Shown: positions 43,260-54,209 of the stretch, in pieces
Layout: each line of letters starts with the position of its first letter
Position numbering within the stretch: the first letter of the stretch is position 1
Source: an uncultured Nitrospinota bacterium
GTDB taxonomy: Bacteria > Tectomicrobia > Entotheonellia > J063 > CAVPRW01
Assembly (NCBI GenBank): GCA_963707985.1
Contig: CAVPRW010000041.1
Span: 1-64,000, forward strand
Length of the DNA stretch: 64,000 nucleotides
Direction of reading: 5' to 3'
Program-made: the position numbers and the translations under genes
The notes under the pieces: model-generated
The model's database searches: none
Told to the model about the DNA's origin: nothing
The model's input: only the letters and a program-made list of their open reading frames with translations

Positions 43260-44333
43260 CTACAAATGGTTCATGGCTCGACTGCGCAGCCAGTGATCCG
43301 CCAGGACGAGCGCAACCATGGCCTCTGCGACAGGTACTGCACGCGGGCAGAGACAGGGGTCGTGGCGGCCGTGCACTTCCAGATCGACCGCCGCTCCCTC
43401 CTTGGTAACCGACCGCTGTGACTTGCTGATTGACGATGGCGGTTTCACCGCCAAGCGGACGACGATATCTTCTCCGTTCGAGATTCCCCCAAGCATACCT
43501 CCGGCATGGTTCGTCTGTGTACGTATCCGTCCTGATGCATCGGTGTAAAACTCATCGTTATGCTCAGAGCCTCGGAGCATGACACTGCGGAATCCTAGTC
43601 CGATTTCCACGCCCTTGATGGCGTTGATGCTCATGATGGCCTTCGCCAGGTCGGCATCAAGACGATCATAAACGGGCTCGCCCAGGCCTACGGGCACCCC
43701 CGTCGCCACCACCTCAACGACCCCACCCACAGAGTCACCTTCCGCCTTGGCTGCCAAAATCAGGGCTTCCATCTGCTTCGCCGCCTCCTGATCAGGGCAG
43801 CGGACAATGTTGCGTTCGATCTCATCGATGTCGATAACTTGAGCTTCGATCGATCCCACCTGGCGGGTGAAGCCGTAGATCTGCACACCGACGGTGCTCA
43901 GGATCTTCTTGGCAATCGCAGCAGCCGCGACACGACAGGCGGTTTCGCGCGCGCTAGAACGCCCACCTCCCCGATAGTCGCGGAGGCCGTATTTCATTTC
44001 GTAGGTAAAATCCGCGTGACCAGGACGATAGATGTCTTTGATCGGTTCATACTTACTCGAATCAGCGTCTTTGTTCCAGATCAGTAACGAGATGGGGGTC
44101 CCCACGGTCTGTCCTTGGAAGAGACCGGAGAGAATTTCGACCCGATCCTCTTCCTGACGAGCAGAGGTGACCTTGCTCTGTCCGACTCGACGTCGGTCGA
44201 GATCGTGCTGAATATCTTCGGCCGACAACTCGAGGCCCGCCGGGCAGCCATCGACCACGACGCCGATGGCACGTCCGTGCGACTCTCCCCATGTCGTGAT
44301 GCGAAACAGCTCCCCAAAACTATTTCCGGCCAC
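43260..44333 (-). CDS. aroC: Chorismate synthase
   Basis: GESHG, RPGHAD, RSSARET, GRHDPC. Confidence 0.96.
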   Translation of the reverse strand: MAGNSFGELFRITTWGESHGRAIGVVVDGCPAGLELSAEDIQHDLDRRRVGQSKVTSARQEEDRVEILSGLFQGQTVGTPISLLIWNKDADSSKYEPIKDIYRPGHADFTYEMKYGLRDYRGGGRSSARETACRVAAAAIAKKILSTVGVQIYGFTRQVGSIEAQVIDIDEIERNIVRCPDQEAAKQMEALILAAKAEGDSVGGVVEVVATGVPVGLGEPVYDRLDADLAKAIMSINAIKGVEIGLGFRSVMLRGSEHNDEFYTDASGRIRTQTNHAGGMLGGISNGEDIVVRLAVKPPSSISKSQRSVTKEGAAVDLEVHGRHDPCLCPRAVPVAEAMVALVLADHWLRSRAMNHL

Positions 44334-44555
44334 TGGGTGACCCCCTCTACTCCCTCCCCATGTCCCCAAAATCGGCACATGCAGGAGCGGGAATGCTGAC
44401 GCGACAGCTGGTCTGTATTCGTTAGCCTATGCGCTACAATTGTCAGTTGCGCGGACGCGAAAATTTCTCCAACTGTACCTGACTTCTGTAGAAATGTAAA
44501 CGGTCACCTCAAAACCGGACAGGCACAGCCGATGCCCTGAGCCATTTCCCTGCTA

Positions 44556-45509
44556 TCAGCGCAAGGCCTCTTGCGTGCCATCTCTGGGGCTGGCCAGAAG
44601 GCTGTGAATCAGCTCAGTGGCGACGGACATCGGCGTTTTTGTCAGGGAGATCCAGTGCATACCAGGTATACGCCGAAACCAGGTCATCTGACGCTTGGCC
44701 AGGCGCCAGGTGTGGCGCTCGATGAGCTCTCGGGCTTGAGCCAAACCCCATGCTCCACCGAGAAAGGCGACGACTTCTCCATAGCCTACGCTCTGGAGGG
44801 GGGGCAAGGTCGGGGCATAGCCCATGCCCAATAACATTCGCACTTCACGTTCAAGCCCCATCTGCAACATAGTCTCGGTACGAGCTGCGATGCGTCGCCG
44901 CAGATCTTCACGCTCACGTGTCAGGCCGATGAAGATGAAGGACGTGGGTCGAACCGGGTCTCGCCACTGGCATTGCCACTGGGAAATCGGTTTTCCTGTC
45001 AATGTATAGATTTCCAGGGCACGAATGATCCGCACACGGTCATGTGGGTGAATACGATTGGCGGCGGCCTGATCCACGACGGCCAGGCGATCATGCAAGG
45101 CCTGGAGCCCCAGAGTGTGCGCTTCTGCTTCCAAGGCTCCGCGTAGCTGTGAATTCGCACCTGGACCGGTGAAGAGACCATCCGTCAGAGCACGAATATA
45201 GAGCCCACTTCCCCCCACGACAAGTGGTTGCTTGCCGCGGGCTTCAATGACATGTATGCAGCCCCAGGCCAACCGGGCGAAACCCGCGGCATTCAGAGGT
45301 TCATTAGGGTTGAGGATGTCGATCAGGTGATGTGGGAAGGCCTGGCGCTGAGCGAGGCTGGGTTTCGCGGTACCAATGTCCAGGCCACGATAGACCTGGC
45401 GGGAGTCGCCCCCGATGATCTCCGCGTTCAGGGCTTGGGCAATGGCGAGGCTGAGATCGGTCTTGCCGACCGCGGTGGGGCCGACAATAACCGGAATTGG
45501 ACGTGTCAT
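44556..45509 (-). CDS. miaA: tRNA dimethylallyltransferase
   Basis: GPTAVGKT, DSRQVYRGLDIGTAKP, GGSGLY, AKRQMTWF. Confidence 0.96.
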   Translation of the reverse strand: MTRPIPVIVGPTAVGKTDLSLAIAQALNAEIIGGDSRQVYRGLDIGTAKPSLAQRQAFPHHLIDILNPNEPLNAAGFARLAWGCIHVIEARGKQPLVVGGSGLYIRALTDGLFTGPGANSQLRGALEAEAHTLGLQALHDRLAVVDQAAANRIHPHDRVRIIRALEIYTLTGKPISQWQCQWRDPVRPTSFIFIGLTREREDLRRRIAARTETMLQMGLEREVRMLLGMGYAPTLPPLQSVGYGEVVAFLGGAWGLAQARELIERHTWRLAKRQMTWFRRIPGMHWISLTKTPMSVATELIHSLLASPRDGTQEALR

Positions 45510-45512
45510 GGC

Positions 45513-46049
45513 TCACTGCGGTACCTTGGCGAGCGCCTGCTCGAAGGCCTGGCAGGCATCTGGTGTGAAGAGTACAAATACAACCTGTTGAAGAGATGTC
45601 CGAGGGGTGTTGTGCAGCACGGTGCAGGTGGCCTCGATCATCACGCGTGCTGCTTCGTCGACGGGGAATCCGCCCACGCCCGTTCCCAGTGCTGGCAACG
45701 CAATACTGATCAGACCTAAAGCGGCTGCCTGCCCCAAGCTGTTGATCGTTGCCTGACGAATAAGCTCAGCGTTCGCCACCAGATCCTGCCCCATTGCCGC
45801 GGCGTGAATGACATACCGCGCCTTCAAGCGTCCACCACCGGTCACCACTGCCGCACCAACAGGAATCGGCCCTTGACGAACGGCCTCATCTTCGATGACT
45901 TGGCCACCTTGGCGCTTGATCGCACCTGCGACGCCGGCCCCCATCCACAGATGATTATTGGCAGCATTGACGATGGCGTCGACGCTACATGTGGTGATGT
46001 CCCCCTGGACCACCTCGAGTGTGGTTGCTCCTACGTGTGCGATCATCAT
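45513..46049 (-). CDS. Macro domain (ADP-ribose-binding/hydrolase) protein
   Basis: GDIT, DAIVNAAN, GAGVAGAI, VIHA, PALGTGVGG. Confidence 0.92.
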   Translation of the reverse strand: MMIAHVGATTLEVVQGDITTCSVDAIVNAANNHLWMGAGVAGAIKRQGGQVIEDEAVRQGPIPVGAAVVTGGGRLKARYVIHAAAMGQDLVANAELIRQATINSLGQAAALGLISIALPALGTGVGGFPVDEAARVMIEATCTVLHNTPRTSLQQVVFVLFTPDACQAFEQALAKVPQ

Positions 46050-46290
46050 CCACTCCCCGGTCCCCACCTCCGCCCAGCGAGGGCATAGCAGCCTCAGGAC
46101 GGCCGGATTCCTGAAGACCGGCGAATGATTCTGGCGTTGTCGAAAAAATCCCCTCGATTCCCATGCAGCGGGAATGAGCGCTTGGCCCCTGGCGGTCCTG
46201 GGCACTCCAGATTCACGCTGCCCAGATAGAGCTGGTCCCTTGAGTGCGCTTCATGCTCACGAGGTTAGGGACACCGACCCGGCGGGACGC

Positions 46291-47013
46291 CTAGTGAGCA
46301 CGAGACTCACGCATGAGGCGATGGTGCGCAACGACCTGTTCGACCGGTCCCGACACAATGTAGACGACAAACAGTGCAAAAATCAAAAGTTCAGGTCTTA
46401 GAATCAGCGCACAAATAGGAATGATCATTAAAATTAGCCAATTGGGATGACGTCCGCGTAGGCGCAAATTTTTAAAACTACGATATTTGATATTGCTGAT
46501 CATGAGAAACGCCAGCCCACAGGCCACTCCCAGGATTATCACGGGTTGTGGCTCGGCAAAGGCGATAAAATTTTTCCCGAGCAGGATCAGCGACGCCACC
46601 ATGCCGGCTGCAGCGGGGATGGGAAGCCCGGTGAAGTGAAAACTGGAACTCTGGCCCACCTGTACATTGAATCTTGCTAAGCGCAGGGCACCACAAATCA
46701 GGAAGATGAAAGCGGCAATCCAGCCAAACCGCCCTACCGGCTCGAGTGCCCACAGGTAGAGAATCAGGCTCGGGGCGACGCCGAATGAGAGCAAGTCTGC
46801 CAAGGAGTCGTATTCGACGCCGAAATTACTCGTGGTTTTGGTCAAACGCGCCACTTTGCCGTCGAGGCCGTCGAATACAACCGCGACTAGAATCGCGATT
46901 GCGGCTTGGTAAAAATCCTCTCTGAGGGCTGCGATGATGCCGTAGAACCCACAGAATAGGTTGGCAGTCGTCAAAACACTTGGGACGACCTTCCAGAGAC
47001 TGCCATTCCGCAT
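46291..47013 (-). CDS. pssA: CDP-diacylglycerol--serine O-phosphatidyltransferase
   Basis: DGLDGKVAR, DSLADLLSFGVAP, LRLARFN, FTGLPIP. Confidence 0.93.
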   Translation of the reverse strand: MRNGSLWKVVPSVLTTANLFCGFYGIIAALREDFYQAAIAILVAVVFDGLDGKVARLTKTTSNFGVEYDSLADLLSFGVAPSLILYLWALEPVGRFGWIAAFIFLICGALRLARFNVQVGQSSSFHFTGLPIPAAAGMVASLILLGKNFIAFAEPQPVIILGVACGLAFLMISNIKYRSFKNLRLRGRHPNWLILMIIPICALILRPELLIFALFVVYIVSGPVEQVVAHHRLMRESRAH

Positions 47014-47081
47014 CCTATTCTCCTTCTTGCCGCACTCGAAGCGGACGACATGGCCCCTCGTGCCGTCACATAGGCCGTGAG

Positions 47082-47765
47082 CTAGGCGAGCGTTTGATGT
47101 GGTTGTGCCTCAACAGCATGGCTGGGCTGCGCAGACTGTGAGAGGGATGCAGCAAGAACGCTTTCGCCACCTCGGACGCGTTGTCCTGGACACACGTACA
47201 CGGCGTACGCAGGGGGGATGAAAATATCAACGCGGGATCCAAACCGAATCAATCCGAAGCGTTCCCCCAGTTGCAGGTTGTCCCCTACCTTCACACGACA
47301 GACAATACGGCGAGCCAGGATCCCGGCGATCTGTTTGACGAGCACACAGGTCTCACCGGCTTGGAAGGTCACCATATTCTGCTCATTCAGGTCCGAGGCA
47401 TCGGAACGAAACGCCGGGAGAAATTTTCCCGGCTGGTAACGCACATCCATCACTCTCCCTGATAGAGGAGCACGATTGATGTGCACATCGAACACTGACA
47501 AAAAGATGCTGACCAGCGTACCAGCGGGCTCAACCGGATCATGCTGTAGAGGGGTCACCACAACAATTGTACCATCGGCAGGGGCAAGCAGCAATCCTGG
47601 TGATGCGGGACTCACACGTTCGGGATCTCTGAAGAAGTACACCATAAAGCCGGTGAGCGCTAGCAAGAACCATCCTCCCACCGGCATGAGCGTTAGTCCC
47701 ACGATCGCCAACCCGAGCGTAGGGAGGATAAATGGCCATCCCTCGCGTGCGATAGGCAGGCGCAC
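47082..47765 (-). CDS. psd: Phosphatidylserine decarboxylase proenzyme (short form); in frame with ilvC in this sequence
   Basis: [37 protein letters not shown] at 47765. Confidence 0.9.
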   Translation of the reverse strand: MRLPIAREGWPFILPTLGLAIVGLTLMPVGGWFLLALTGFMVYFFRDPERVSPASPGLLLAPADGTIVVVTPLQHDPVEPAGTLVSIFLSVFDVHINRAPLSGRVMDVRYQPGKFLPAFRSDASDLNEQNMVTFQAGETCVLVKQIAGILARRIVCRVKVGDNLQLGERFGLIRFGSRVDIFIPPAYAVYVCPGQRVRGGESVLAASLSQSAQPSHAVEAQPHQTLA

Positions 47766-48773
47766 AGGCGTTAGAGTCCCTTCCTTGCGCAGCCAACTCA
47801 TCATCTGCCGTAAGCGGGCGCCCACAACTTCGATGGGATGTTCAGCGTCACGTTTGGTCAGGGCGTTGAAGACTGGGCGGTTGGCCTTGTTCTCAATAAT
47901 CCATTCACGGGCGAATTCTCCCGACTGGATCTCGGCTAAGAGCTTCTTCATGGCTTCACGTGTCTCTTGCGTGATCACACGCCGGCCTCGCGTGATATCC
48001 CCATACTGCGCCGTATCGCTGACCGAATAGCGCATCATGCTAATGCCGCCCTCGTAGATGAGATCGACGATGAGCTTAAGCTCATGAAGGCACTCGAAGT
48101 ATGCGATCTCTGGCTGATAGCCAGCTTGCATCAAGGTATCGAACCCCGCTCGGACCAACTCGGTGACTCCACCGCACAACACCGCTTGTTCACCGAATAG
48201 ATCCGTCTCCGTCTCTTCACGGAAGGTGGTTTCGATGACACCTGCCTTAGTCCCGCCAACGCCCTTGGCATAGGCAAGGGCGATGCGCTTGGCGTTGCCA
48301 GTCGCATCCTGATGGATCGCCAGCAAGCATGGGACACCGACACCCTCTTTGAAGAGGCGGCGCATGATATGCCCGGGGGCTTTCGGAGCGATCATGAACA
48401 CATCGACATCCGCAGACGGTTGGACCTGACCGAAATGAATATTGAACCCATGCGCGAAGGCCAGGGCGTCCCCTTTATCCAAATGCGGTGCGATATCCGC
48501 CAGGTAGGTTTCCCCTTGCCTTTCGTCAGGGATCAAAATCATCACGATGTCGGCGGCCTTCGCGGCTTCTGCCGTGGTCATGACCCGGAAACCATCCCGC
48601 TCCGCCACCGGCCATGACTTACTGCCAGGACGCAGGCCAACCACCACATCTTGGCCGTTATCGCGCAAATTCCCTGCATGGGCATGCCCCTGGCTACCAT
48701 ACCCGATAATGGCGATGCGTTTGCCGTCGAGGAGCTGAAGGTCTGCGTCTGCATCGTAGTACAACTGTGCCAT
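47766..48773 (-). CDS. ilvC: Ketol-acid reductoisomerase; no in-frame stop before psd
   Basis: [43 protein letters not shown]. Confidence 0.95.
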
Positions 48774-48786
48774 GGGACATCCCCTC

Positions 48787-49323
48787 TTAGGACAACGCTT
48801 TGCTGCCACGTGATAGGGCCACCGGACCTGTGCGCACGATCTCGAGGATGCCAATGGGCTTGATCAGGTCGACAAAGGCGCGAATTTTGTCGCCATCGCC
48901 GGTGACTTCGATAACATACGACTTTGGACTCACATCAATGATGTTGCCGCGGAAAATATCGGTGATACGAAGGATCTCAGCGCGCTGTTCGGGCTCGGCT
49001 CGCACTTTGACGAGGATGAGTTCGCGCTCGACAAAATGTTCACGGCTGAGGTCAACGACTTTGATCACATCGATGAGCTTATTGAGTTGTTTGGTCACCT
49101 GTTCAATGATGCGCGCGTCACCGCTAGACACAATGGTCATGCGGGAGAGGGTGGGATCCTCGGTTGCTGCCACCGCCAGGCTTTCGATGTTAAAGCCACG
49201 GCCGGTGAACAGGCCTGCTACCCTGGCGAGCACGCCAACGCGATTCTCCACCAGCACGGAGATTATATGCTCGCGTACCCCCTTGTCGTGATTGGCATGA
49301 TCGGTTGCCTGTCGTGGTGCCAT
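48787..49323 (-). CDS. ilvN: Acetolactate synthase small subunit
   Basis: [36 protein letters not shown]. Confidence 0.95.
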   Translation of the reverse strand: MAPRQATDHANHDKGVREHIISVLVENRVGVLARVAGLFTGRGFNIESLAVAATEDPTLSRMTIVSSGDARIIEQVTKQLNKLIDVIKVVDLSREHFVERELILVKVRAEPEQRAEILRITDIFRGNIIDVSPKSYVIEVTGDGDKIRAFVDLIKPIGILEIVRTGPVALSRGSKALS

Positions 49324-49346
49324 AGACGTAACCGTGGTCGTCTCCT

Positions 49347-51035
49347 TTATGCCAAAACCATTTCACGCAGCGCAGCACCGGCGGGGACCATCGGATAGAC
49401 CTTTTCCTCGGAGTCCACCACGACTTCGGTGACCACAGGGCCAGGCGTTGCGAACGCCTGCTGTAACGTCGGGATAACTTCATGCGGCTTGGTAGCCCTG
49501 AAGCCCTTAGCGCCGTATGCCTCAGCTAATTTGACGTAGTCCGGAATATTGCCTAAATAACTGTGTGAGTAGCGTTTGTTGTAAAACAACTCCTGCCACT
49601 GTTTGACCATACCGAGGTAGTAATTGTTCAAGATGACGATCTTGATCGGGAGTTGATATTGTACCGCGGTCGCCATCTCGTGCGAGGTCATTTGGAAGCT
49701 GCCATCGCCATCGATGCCGATAACCATCCGGTGGGGAAAGGCCACCTGGGCGCCGATAGCCGCCGGCAAACAGTATCCCATCGTGCCCAGACCTCCGGAA
49801 GTAAGCCAACTCCGCGGCTGCGTGAAGCGGTAGAATTGCGCCGCCCACATCTGGTGTTGTCCGACACCTGTAGCAATGATGGCGTCCTTCGGCGCTAGTT
49901 GGCTAATCGCTTCGATGACATATTGTCCTTTGACGACCTCGTCCCCTTGGTCGTATTTCAAGGGATGGGCGTTCGCCCAGTCAGCGATGGTTGCTAACCA
50001 TGCGGCATGGTCGGTGACCCAATCTTTTTTCACGGTGCGCAGAGACTCGATGAGCGACCGCAGAACGGTCTTCACGTCACCGACAATGGGAATGTCCGTG
50101 CGGACGTTCTTGCCGATATTCGATGGATCGATGTCGATGTGAATGATCGTGTCGGCGTTTTCAGCAAAGGCATCAAGGCGGCCGGTGACCCGATCATCGA
50201 ATCGCGCGCCGAGGGCAAAGATCAGGTCTGCTTCACACATGGCCATATTAGCCCAGTATGTGCCATGCATTCCCAACATGCCCATCGACAGTGGGTGGGT
50301 TTCCGGAAACGACCCCAAGCCCAGGAGCGTAGTCGTGACCGGGGTGTGCAGCAGCTCTGCAAGCTCGCGGAGCTCGGGGGCGGCATTTGAGCTTACGGTT
50401 CCGCCGCCCACGTACAGAACCGGCTGTTTAGCAGTGGCCAAGGCCTTCGTGGCGCGCCGAATTTGACCGCTGTGCCCGGTATACGTCGGTGCATATCCCC
50501 GTAAGTTCACCTCCTGAGGATACGTAAATTCGGTCTCCCACTGACTCACATCCTTCGGAATGTCGACCAGCACTGGGCCCGGCTTGCCCGTTTGGGCAAT
50601 ATAGAACGCCTCCTTAATGGTGCGGGCGAGATCCTCTACGCGGCGAACTACATAGCTATGCTTGACGCACGGCATCGTAATCCCGAAAATATCCGCTTCT
50701 TGAAAGGCATCGTTGCCTATAGCCGTGGTCGGGACCTGGCCAGTGAACACCACGATCGGAATGGCGTCCATATTGGCAGTAACGAGGCCAGTGACGCAAT
50801 TGGTTGCACCAGGACCCGAGGTGGCCAGGCATACACCCGGTCGACCCGAGGCCCGGGCATAGCCATCGGCAGCGTGGACAGCACCCTGCTCGTGGCGCAT
50901 CAGTATGTGGCGGATGGGAGCATCCATCAAAACGTCATAGATCTTCAACACCACGCCACCTGGGTGGCCGAAAATAGCGTCCACCCCTTCTTGCTGCAGG
51001 CTTTCGACGAAGATCTCTGCACCGCATTTCTTCAC
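49347..51035 (-). CDS. ilvB: Acetolactate synthase large subunit
   Basis: RHEQGAVH, TSGPGATN, MLGMHG, SGGLGTMG, GDGSFQM. Confidence 0.96.
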   Translation of the reverse strand: MKKCGAEIFVESLQQEGVDAIFGHPGGVVLKIYDVLMDAPIRHILMRHEQGAVHAADGYARASGRPGVCLATSGPGATNCVTGLVTANMDAIPIVVFTGQVPTTAIGNDAFQEADIFGITMPCVKHSYVVRRVEDLARTIKEAFYIAQTGKPGPVLVDIPKDVSQWETEFTYPQEVNLRGYAPTYTGHSGQIRRATKALATAKQPVLYVGGGTVSSNAAPELRELAELLHTPVTTTLLGLGSFPETHPLSMGMLGMHGTYWANMAMCEADLIFALGARFDDRVTGRLDAFAENADTIIHIDIDPSNIGKNVRTDIPIVGDVKTVLRSLIESLRTVKKDWVTDHAAWLATIADWANAHPLKYDQGDEVVKGQYVIEAISQLAPKDAIIATGVGQHQMWAAQFYRFTQPRSWLTSGGLGTMGYCLPAAIGAQVAFPHRMVIGIDGDGSFQMTSHEMATAVQYQLPIKIVILNNYYLGMVKQWQELFYNKRYSHSYLGNIPDYVKLAEAYGAKGFRATKPHEVIPTLQQAFATPGPVVTEVVVDSEEKVYPMVPAGAALREMVLA

Positions 51036-51273
51036 CGGAGGTTACCTCCTCGGACTCTTCATCACCGCGGCTCGTTGCGATTCGGCTGCGCTCACCAGAG
51101 GGGCCTGCACATGCTATGGCACCACCAAATGAGGATTTCGGTGAGAAGTCCAATAACGGGTCGTGGGGGTACAACTCCCCTCACACATGACTGTTGATGC
51201 TAGGGTGGGCTGCGAGTAGTTCGGAAGACCCTAGCAAACAGCCTTACTGAAGTCAACTGAAAAATGCATCCAT

Positions 51274-51507
51274 CTACTTGTTGAGACGGGCTTTATACTC
51301 CTTCAAAATCTCTGCCATACGATCCTTACCCCGCAGCTTGATTTTCTGCACCTGCTTTTTTTCAATCTCCTGCTCGCTGGTCAAAAACCGAAGATTGTTG
51401 AGCTCTTCCAGCTGACGCTCGTATCGCAGGTGCTCCACCATCAGCTGTCGGAACTCGGGGTTCGTCTCCTTGATGTGCTCGATGAGGGCGCTCTCTTCCG
51501 TCTCCAT
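51274..51507 (-). CDS. DUF465 / YdcH family protein
   Basis: EFRQLMVEH, KKQVQKIKLRGKDRM; located between tsaB and ilvB. Confidence 0.8.
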   Translation of the reverse strand: METEESALIEHIKETNPEFRQLMVEHLRYERQLEELNNLRFLTSEQEIEKKQVQKIKLRGKDRMAEILKEYKARLNK

Positions 51508-51531
51508 CAGCTGTTCACCTCCTCATAGGAA

Positions 51532-52233
51532 CTACTGCTCATGGGTATGCCGGCGGGACCAATTGATTTCAGCTTCCGAGGGTCGCACATAGCTAGGACT
51601 GAGCGTTGCCCTCGGCCCGCCGTGGCCGATAATCGCTTGATTGAACGCCAGCGCTGCCACCTCGACGCTGCACGGCATACTGAGCCAAGGCGGAGCGAAG
51701 ATCGCCAAATTACCCAGATGTCTTTCCCACACACCCCGATAGACTTCGACTCCTGTCCCAAGTAATAGAGTCGGTTCAGAGATTCTAGCACAAAAAGCTT
51801 CAGGCGACATGACAAGGTTTGGGGTGATGCGGCAGGGGCCCGACGTATCGAGGTGAAAAAGGGCCCCAAACACCTCACCTTTGCGTGCATCCAGCAGGGC
51901 GCCGACCTGCACGGGGGCGGACCAAGCTTTCAGCGCCAGGGCTTCGAGGCTATCGATACCGACTACATCACGCTGTAACGCATGGCCTAACCCCAGCAGC
52001 GTGGCGATACCGATGCGCAATCCGGTAAAAGAGCCCGGGCCATGACTGGCGGCAAACAAATCGATTGATTCGAGTGGAACCGAGGTGAGGCGAAGCGCTT
52101 GATGAATGAGGGTCAGTAGACGGGGTGCGTGCGAGGCAGAGACATCAACTCGCAGGTCGCAGAGGACCCGACCGGCCTCCATAAGTGTAACCCCTCCAGC
52201 CAGCGTCGAGGTATCCACGGCCAAAATTCGCAT
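51532..52233 (-). CDS. tsaB: tRNA threonylcarbamoyladenosine biosynthesis protein TsaB
   Basis: ILAVDTS, GPGSFTGLRIG, DARKGEV, PSYVRPSEAE. Confidence 0.95.
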   Translation of the reverse strand: MRILAVDTSTLAGGVTLMEAGRVLCDLRVDVSASHAPRLLTLIHQALRLTSVPLESIDLFAASHGPGSFTGLRIGIATLLGLGHALQRDVVGIDSLEALALKAWSAPVQVGALLDARKGEVFGALFHLDTSGPCRITPNLVMSPEAFCARISEPTLLLGTGVEVYRGVWERHLGNLAIFAPPWLSMPCSVEVAALAFNQAIIGHGGPRATLSPSYVRPSEAEINWSRRHTHEQ

Positions 52234-52445
52234 GGGTGATCGAATCTATACCCTTGGGGCTACGAGAACAGCCCAGAGATACCCCGCCAATAGCGCATCG
52301 CCCGATTTACACGGTTTTCCCCACACTGCATCTGAGCCGGCTGGCACAGATGCACACCGCAGGACTAACGCCTCTGCTTCACGTTAGTCTCCCGCGGTGT
52401 CTACATCTGACCGATGTCGCGATCGTGCCCGATCTCGCACAGAAT

Positions 52446-52793
52446 CTAGATGCCAAACGGATTCACGATGAGTAGGATCAAGCAGACCACGAGGACGTAA
52501 ATCACCAGGGACTCGATCAATGCCAAACCAATGATCATGGTGGTGGTAATCGGCCCCGAAGCTCCCGGATTCCGCGCGATCCCTTCCAAGGCGCTACGGA
52601 TACCACGCGCCTGCGAGAAGGCACCTCCGATTGCAGCAATGGTCAGGCCAAAGGCGGCGCTGGCAGCTACGATTCCGAAATACCGCAACTCCGCCTCTGA
52701 CTTCTTCGCTGCCTCAGCCGCCTGTGCTACAGAGCTCAGCACTACCAATGACACTATCACAGCCAATCCAAGCCATGCCAGCTTCCTCCGCAT
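52446..52793 (-). CDS. atpE: ATP synthase F0 subunit c with N-terminal leader
   Basis: GIARNPGA, IGLALIESLVIY. Confidence 0.95.
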   Translation of the reverse strand: MRRKLAWLGLAVIVSLVVLSSVAQAAEAAKKSEAELRYFGIVAASAAFGLTIAAIGGAFSQARGIRSALEGIARNPGASGPITTTMIIGLALIESLVIYVLVVCLILLIVNPFGI

Positions 52794-52847
52794 CCAAATA
52801 CCTCCCTTTCCCGCGCTCAAGCGGACGCCACCTCAGCGTCTATCAGG

Positions 52848-53510
52848 TTAATGATGCTCCTCCTCTGCACCGGCGATGTAGATCATCGACAGCAGCATGA
52901 ACACAAATCCCTGTATGAGGCTTACAAATATCCCCAAGAACACGATCGGTAGCGGGGCGATGATTGGCACCAAAAGCGTGATGATGATCAATACGATCTC
53001 GTGTCCCTGCATGTTGGCAAACAACCGCAGTGCAAGGGTAAACGGGCGAATGATGTGGCTGATTAACTCAATGGGAAACATGAGTGGCGCCAACCACCAC
53101 AGTGGGCCAGTAAACTGCTTGATATAGGCCGCACCATGGCGTCGAAAGCCGATGTATTGATAGTACAGGAAAACCGTGATGGCACAACCGGCCGTCATGT
53201 TCAAGTTAGCGGTTGGCGAGAACAGCCCCGGAACGATTCCAAGCAGGTTTGCCGTGACGATCAACAGTACAAGCCCACCGATTATGGGCAAATGAGCTTT
53301 AGCGTGGTGCCCCATGACCCGCTCCATAAAGCTGAGTAGCCCTCCGATGACGAGTTCCGTCAGGGCCTGGCCCGTATTAGGCAGCAGTTGCATGCGCCGC
53401 GTGGTCAGATAGGCGATGGCGAGCAGGAGAATCATGGTGAGCCACATGTATGTAACGTGCGGGTATGCCTCGAGTCCAGGGATGGTGAGATACAGAAGCG
53501 GTTCCTTCAT
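52848..53510 (-). CDS. atpB: ATP synthase F0 subunit a
   Basis: NLLGIVPG, PTAN, RPFTLALRLFANM, QGFVF. Confidence 0.95.
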   Translation of the reverse strand: MKEPLLYLTIPGLEAYPHVTYMWLTMILLLAIAYLTTRRMQLLPNTGQALTELVIGGLLSFMERVMGHHAKAHLPIIGGLVLLIVTANLLGIVPGLFSPTANLNMTAGCAITVFLYYQYIGFRRHGAAYIKQFTGPLWWLAPLMFPIELISHIIRPFTLALRLFANMQGHEIVLIIITLLVPIIAPLPIVFLGIFVSLIQGFVFMLLSMIYIAGAEEEHH

Positions 53511-53522
53511 GGCAGACTCCGT

Positions 53523-53915
53523 TTATCGTTGGGGCTCTCCAAGCGGCTTCGAACGTTGCAGCCCAGCCAAGCAGATGGCCACAAAGATCACCGATAACCC
53601 GCCCAGAAACCCCAGCGGTTCAACGACTCCATATCTGAACAGCAGATACACCAACCCCGTGATGATAAAGTATTTAGCGAAATAGGCGCCAAACGCCAGT
53701 TTTTTGATTCGGCTATCAGGACGCTTGTGCGGGTCGATGACCGCCGTCAGAAACATCACCAGACACTTGAAATGCAACATGCTAAATGCCCCCCCCAAGG
53801 CGCAGCTACTGGCGATGCGGGGGGCGCGGGCGATCAAAGCGCCGAGCATCAGCAAGCCGGTCATCGTCCAGCCGTACCATGCGACGCGCCGCAACAGTTG
53901 TGAGTCGCCATCCAC
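53523..53915 (-). CDS. atpI: ATP synthase protein I
   Basis: Four hydrophobic segments, GFLGGLSV; directly upstream of atpB. Confidence 0.8.
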   Translation of the reverse strand: MDGDSQLLRRVAWYGWTMTGLLMLGALIARAPRIASSCALGGAFSMLHFKCLVMFLTAVIDPHKRPDSRIKKLAFGAYFAKYFIITGLVYLLFRYGVVEPLGFLGGLSVIFVAICLAGLQRSKPLGEPQR

Positions 53916-53921
53916 AATATA

Positions 53922-54152
53922 CTATTCCTTCCGCTGCAAACGCATGATGCGAAAGAGATTCGTAAATCCAGCGGCCACGCCCAATACCAGAAAAATCAAG
54001 GTGAGCCACGGATTGGTGTTGAATGCCCGATCGAGAAAATAGCCGATCGCCAAGCCGGTGAATGTGCCGAGGACAAGATGTAACCCAACGCTGCCCAGCA
54101 CCCCAAACTGGCGTAGGAGCTCATATTTGAGATTGGGCCCATCGGTCGCCAT
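53922..54152 (-). CDS. AtpZ/AtpI family small membrane protein
   Basis: GLAIGYFLDRAFNTNPWLTLIFLVLGVAAGF. Confidence 0.88.
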   Translation of the reverse strand: MATDGPNLKYELLRQFGVLGSVGLHLVLGTFTGLAIGYFLDRAFNTNPWLTLIFLVLGVAAGFTNLFRIMRLQRKE

Positions 54153-54209
54153 ACCCCCTCCGGTAGGTTGATGAGCCGATCATCCACGCGACAATCGACT
54201 TTCAATGCA

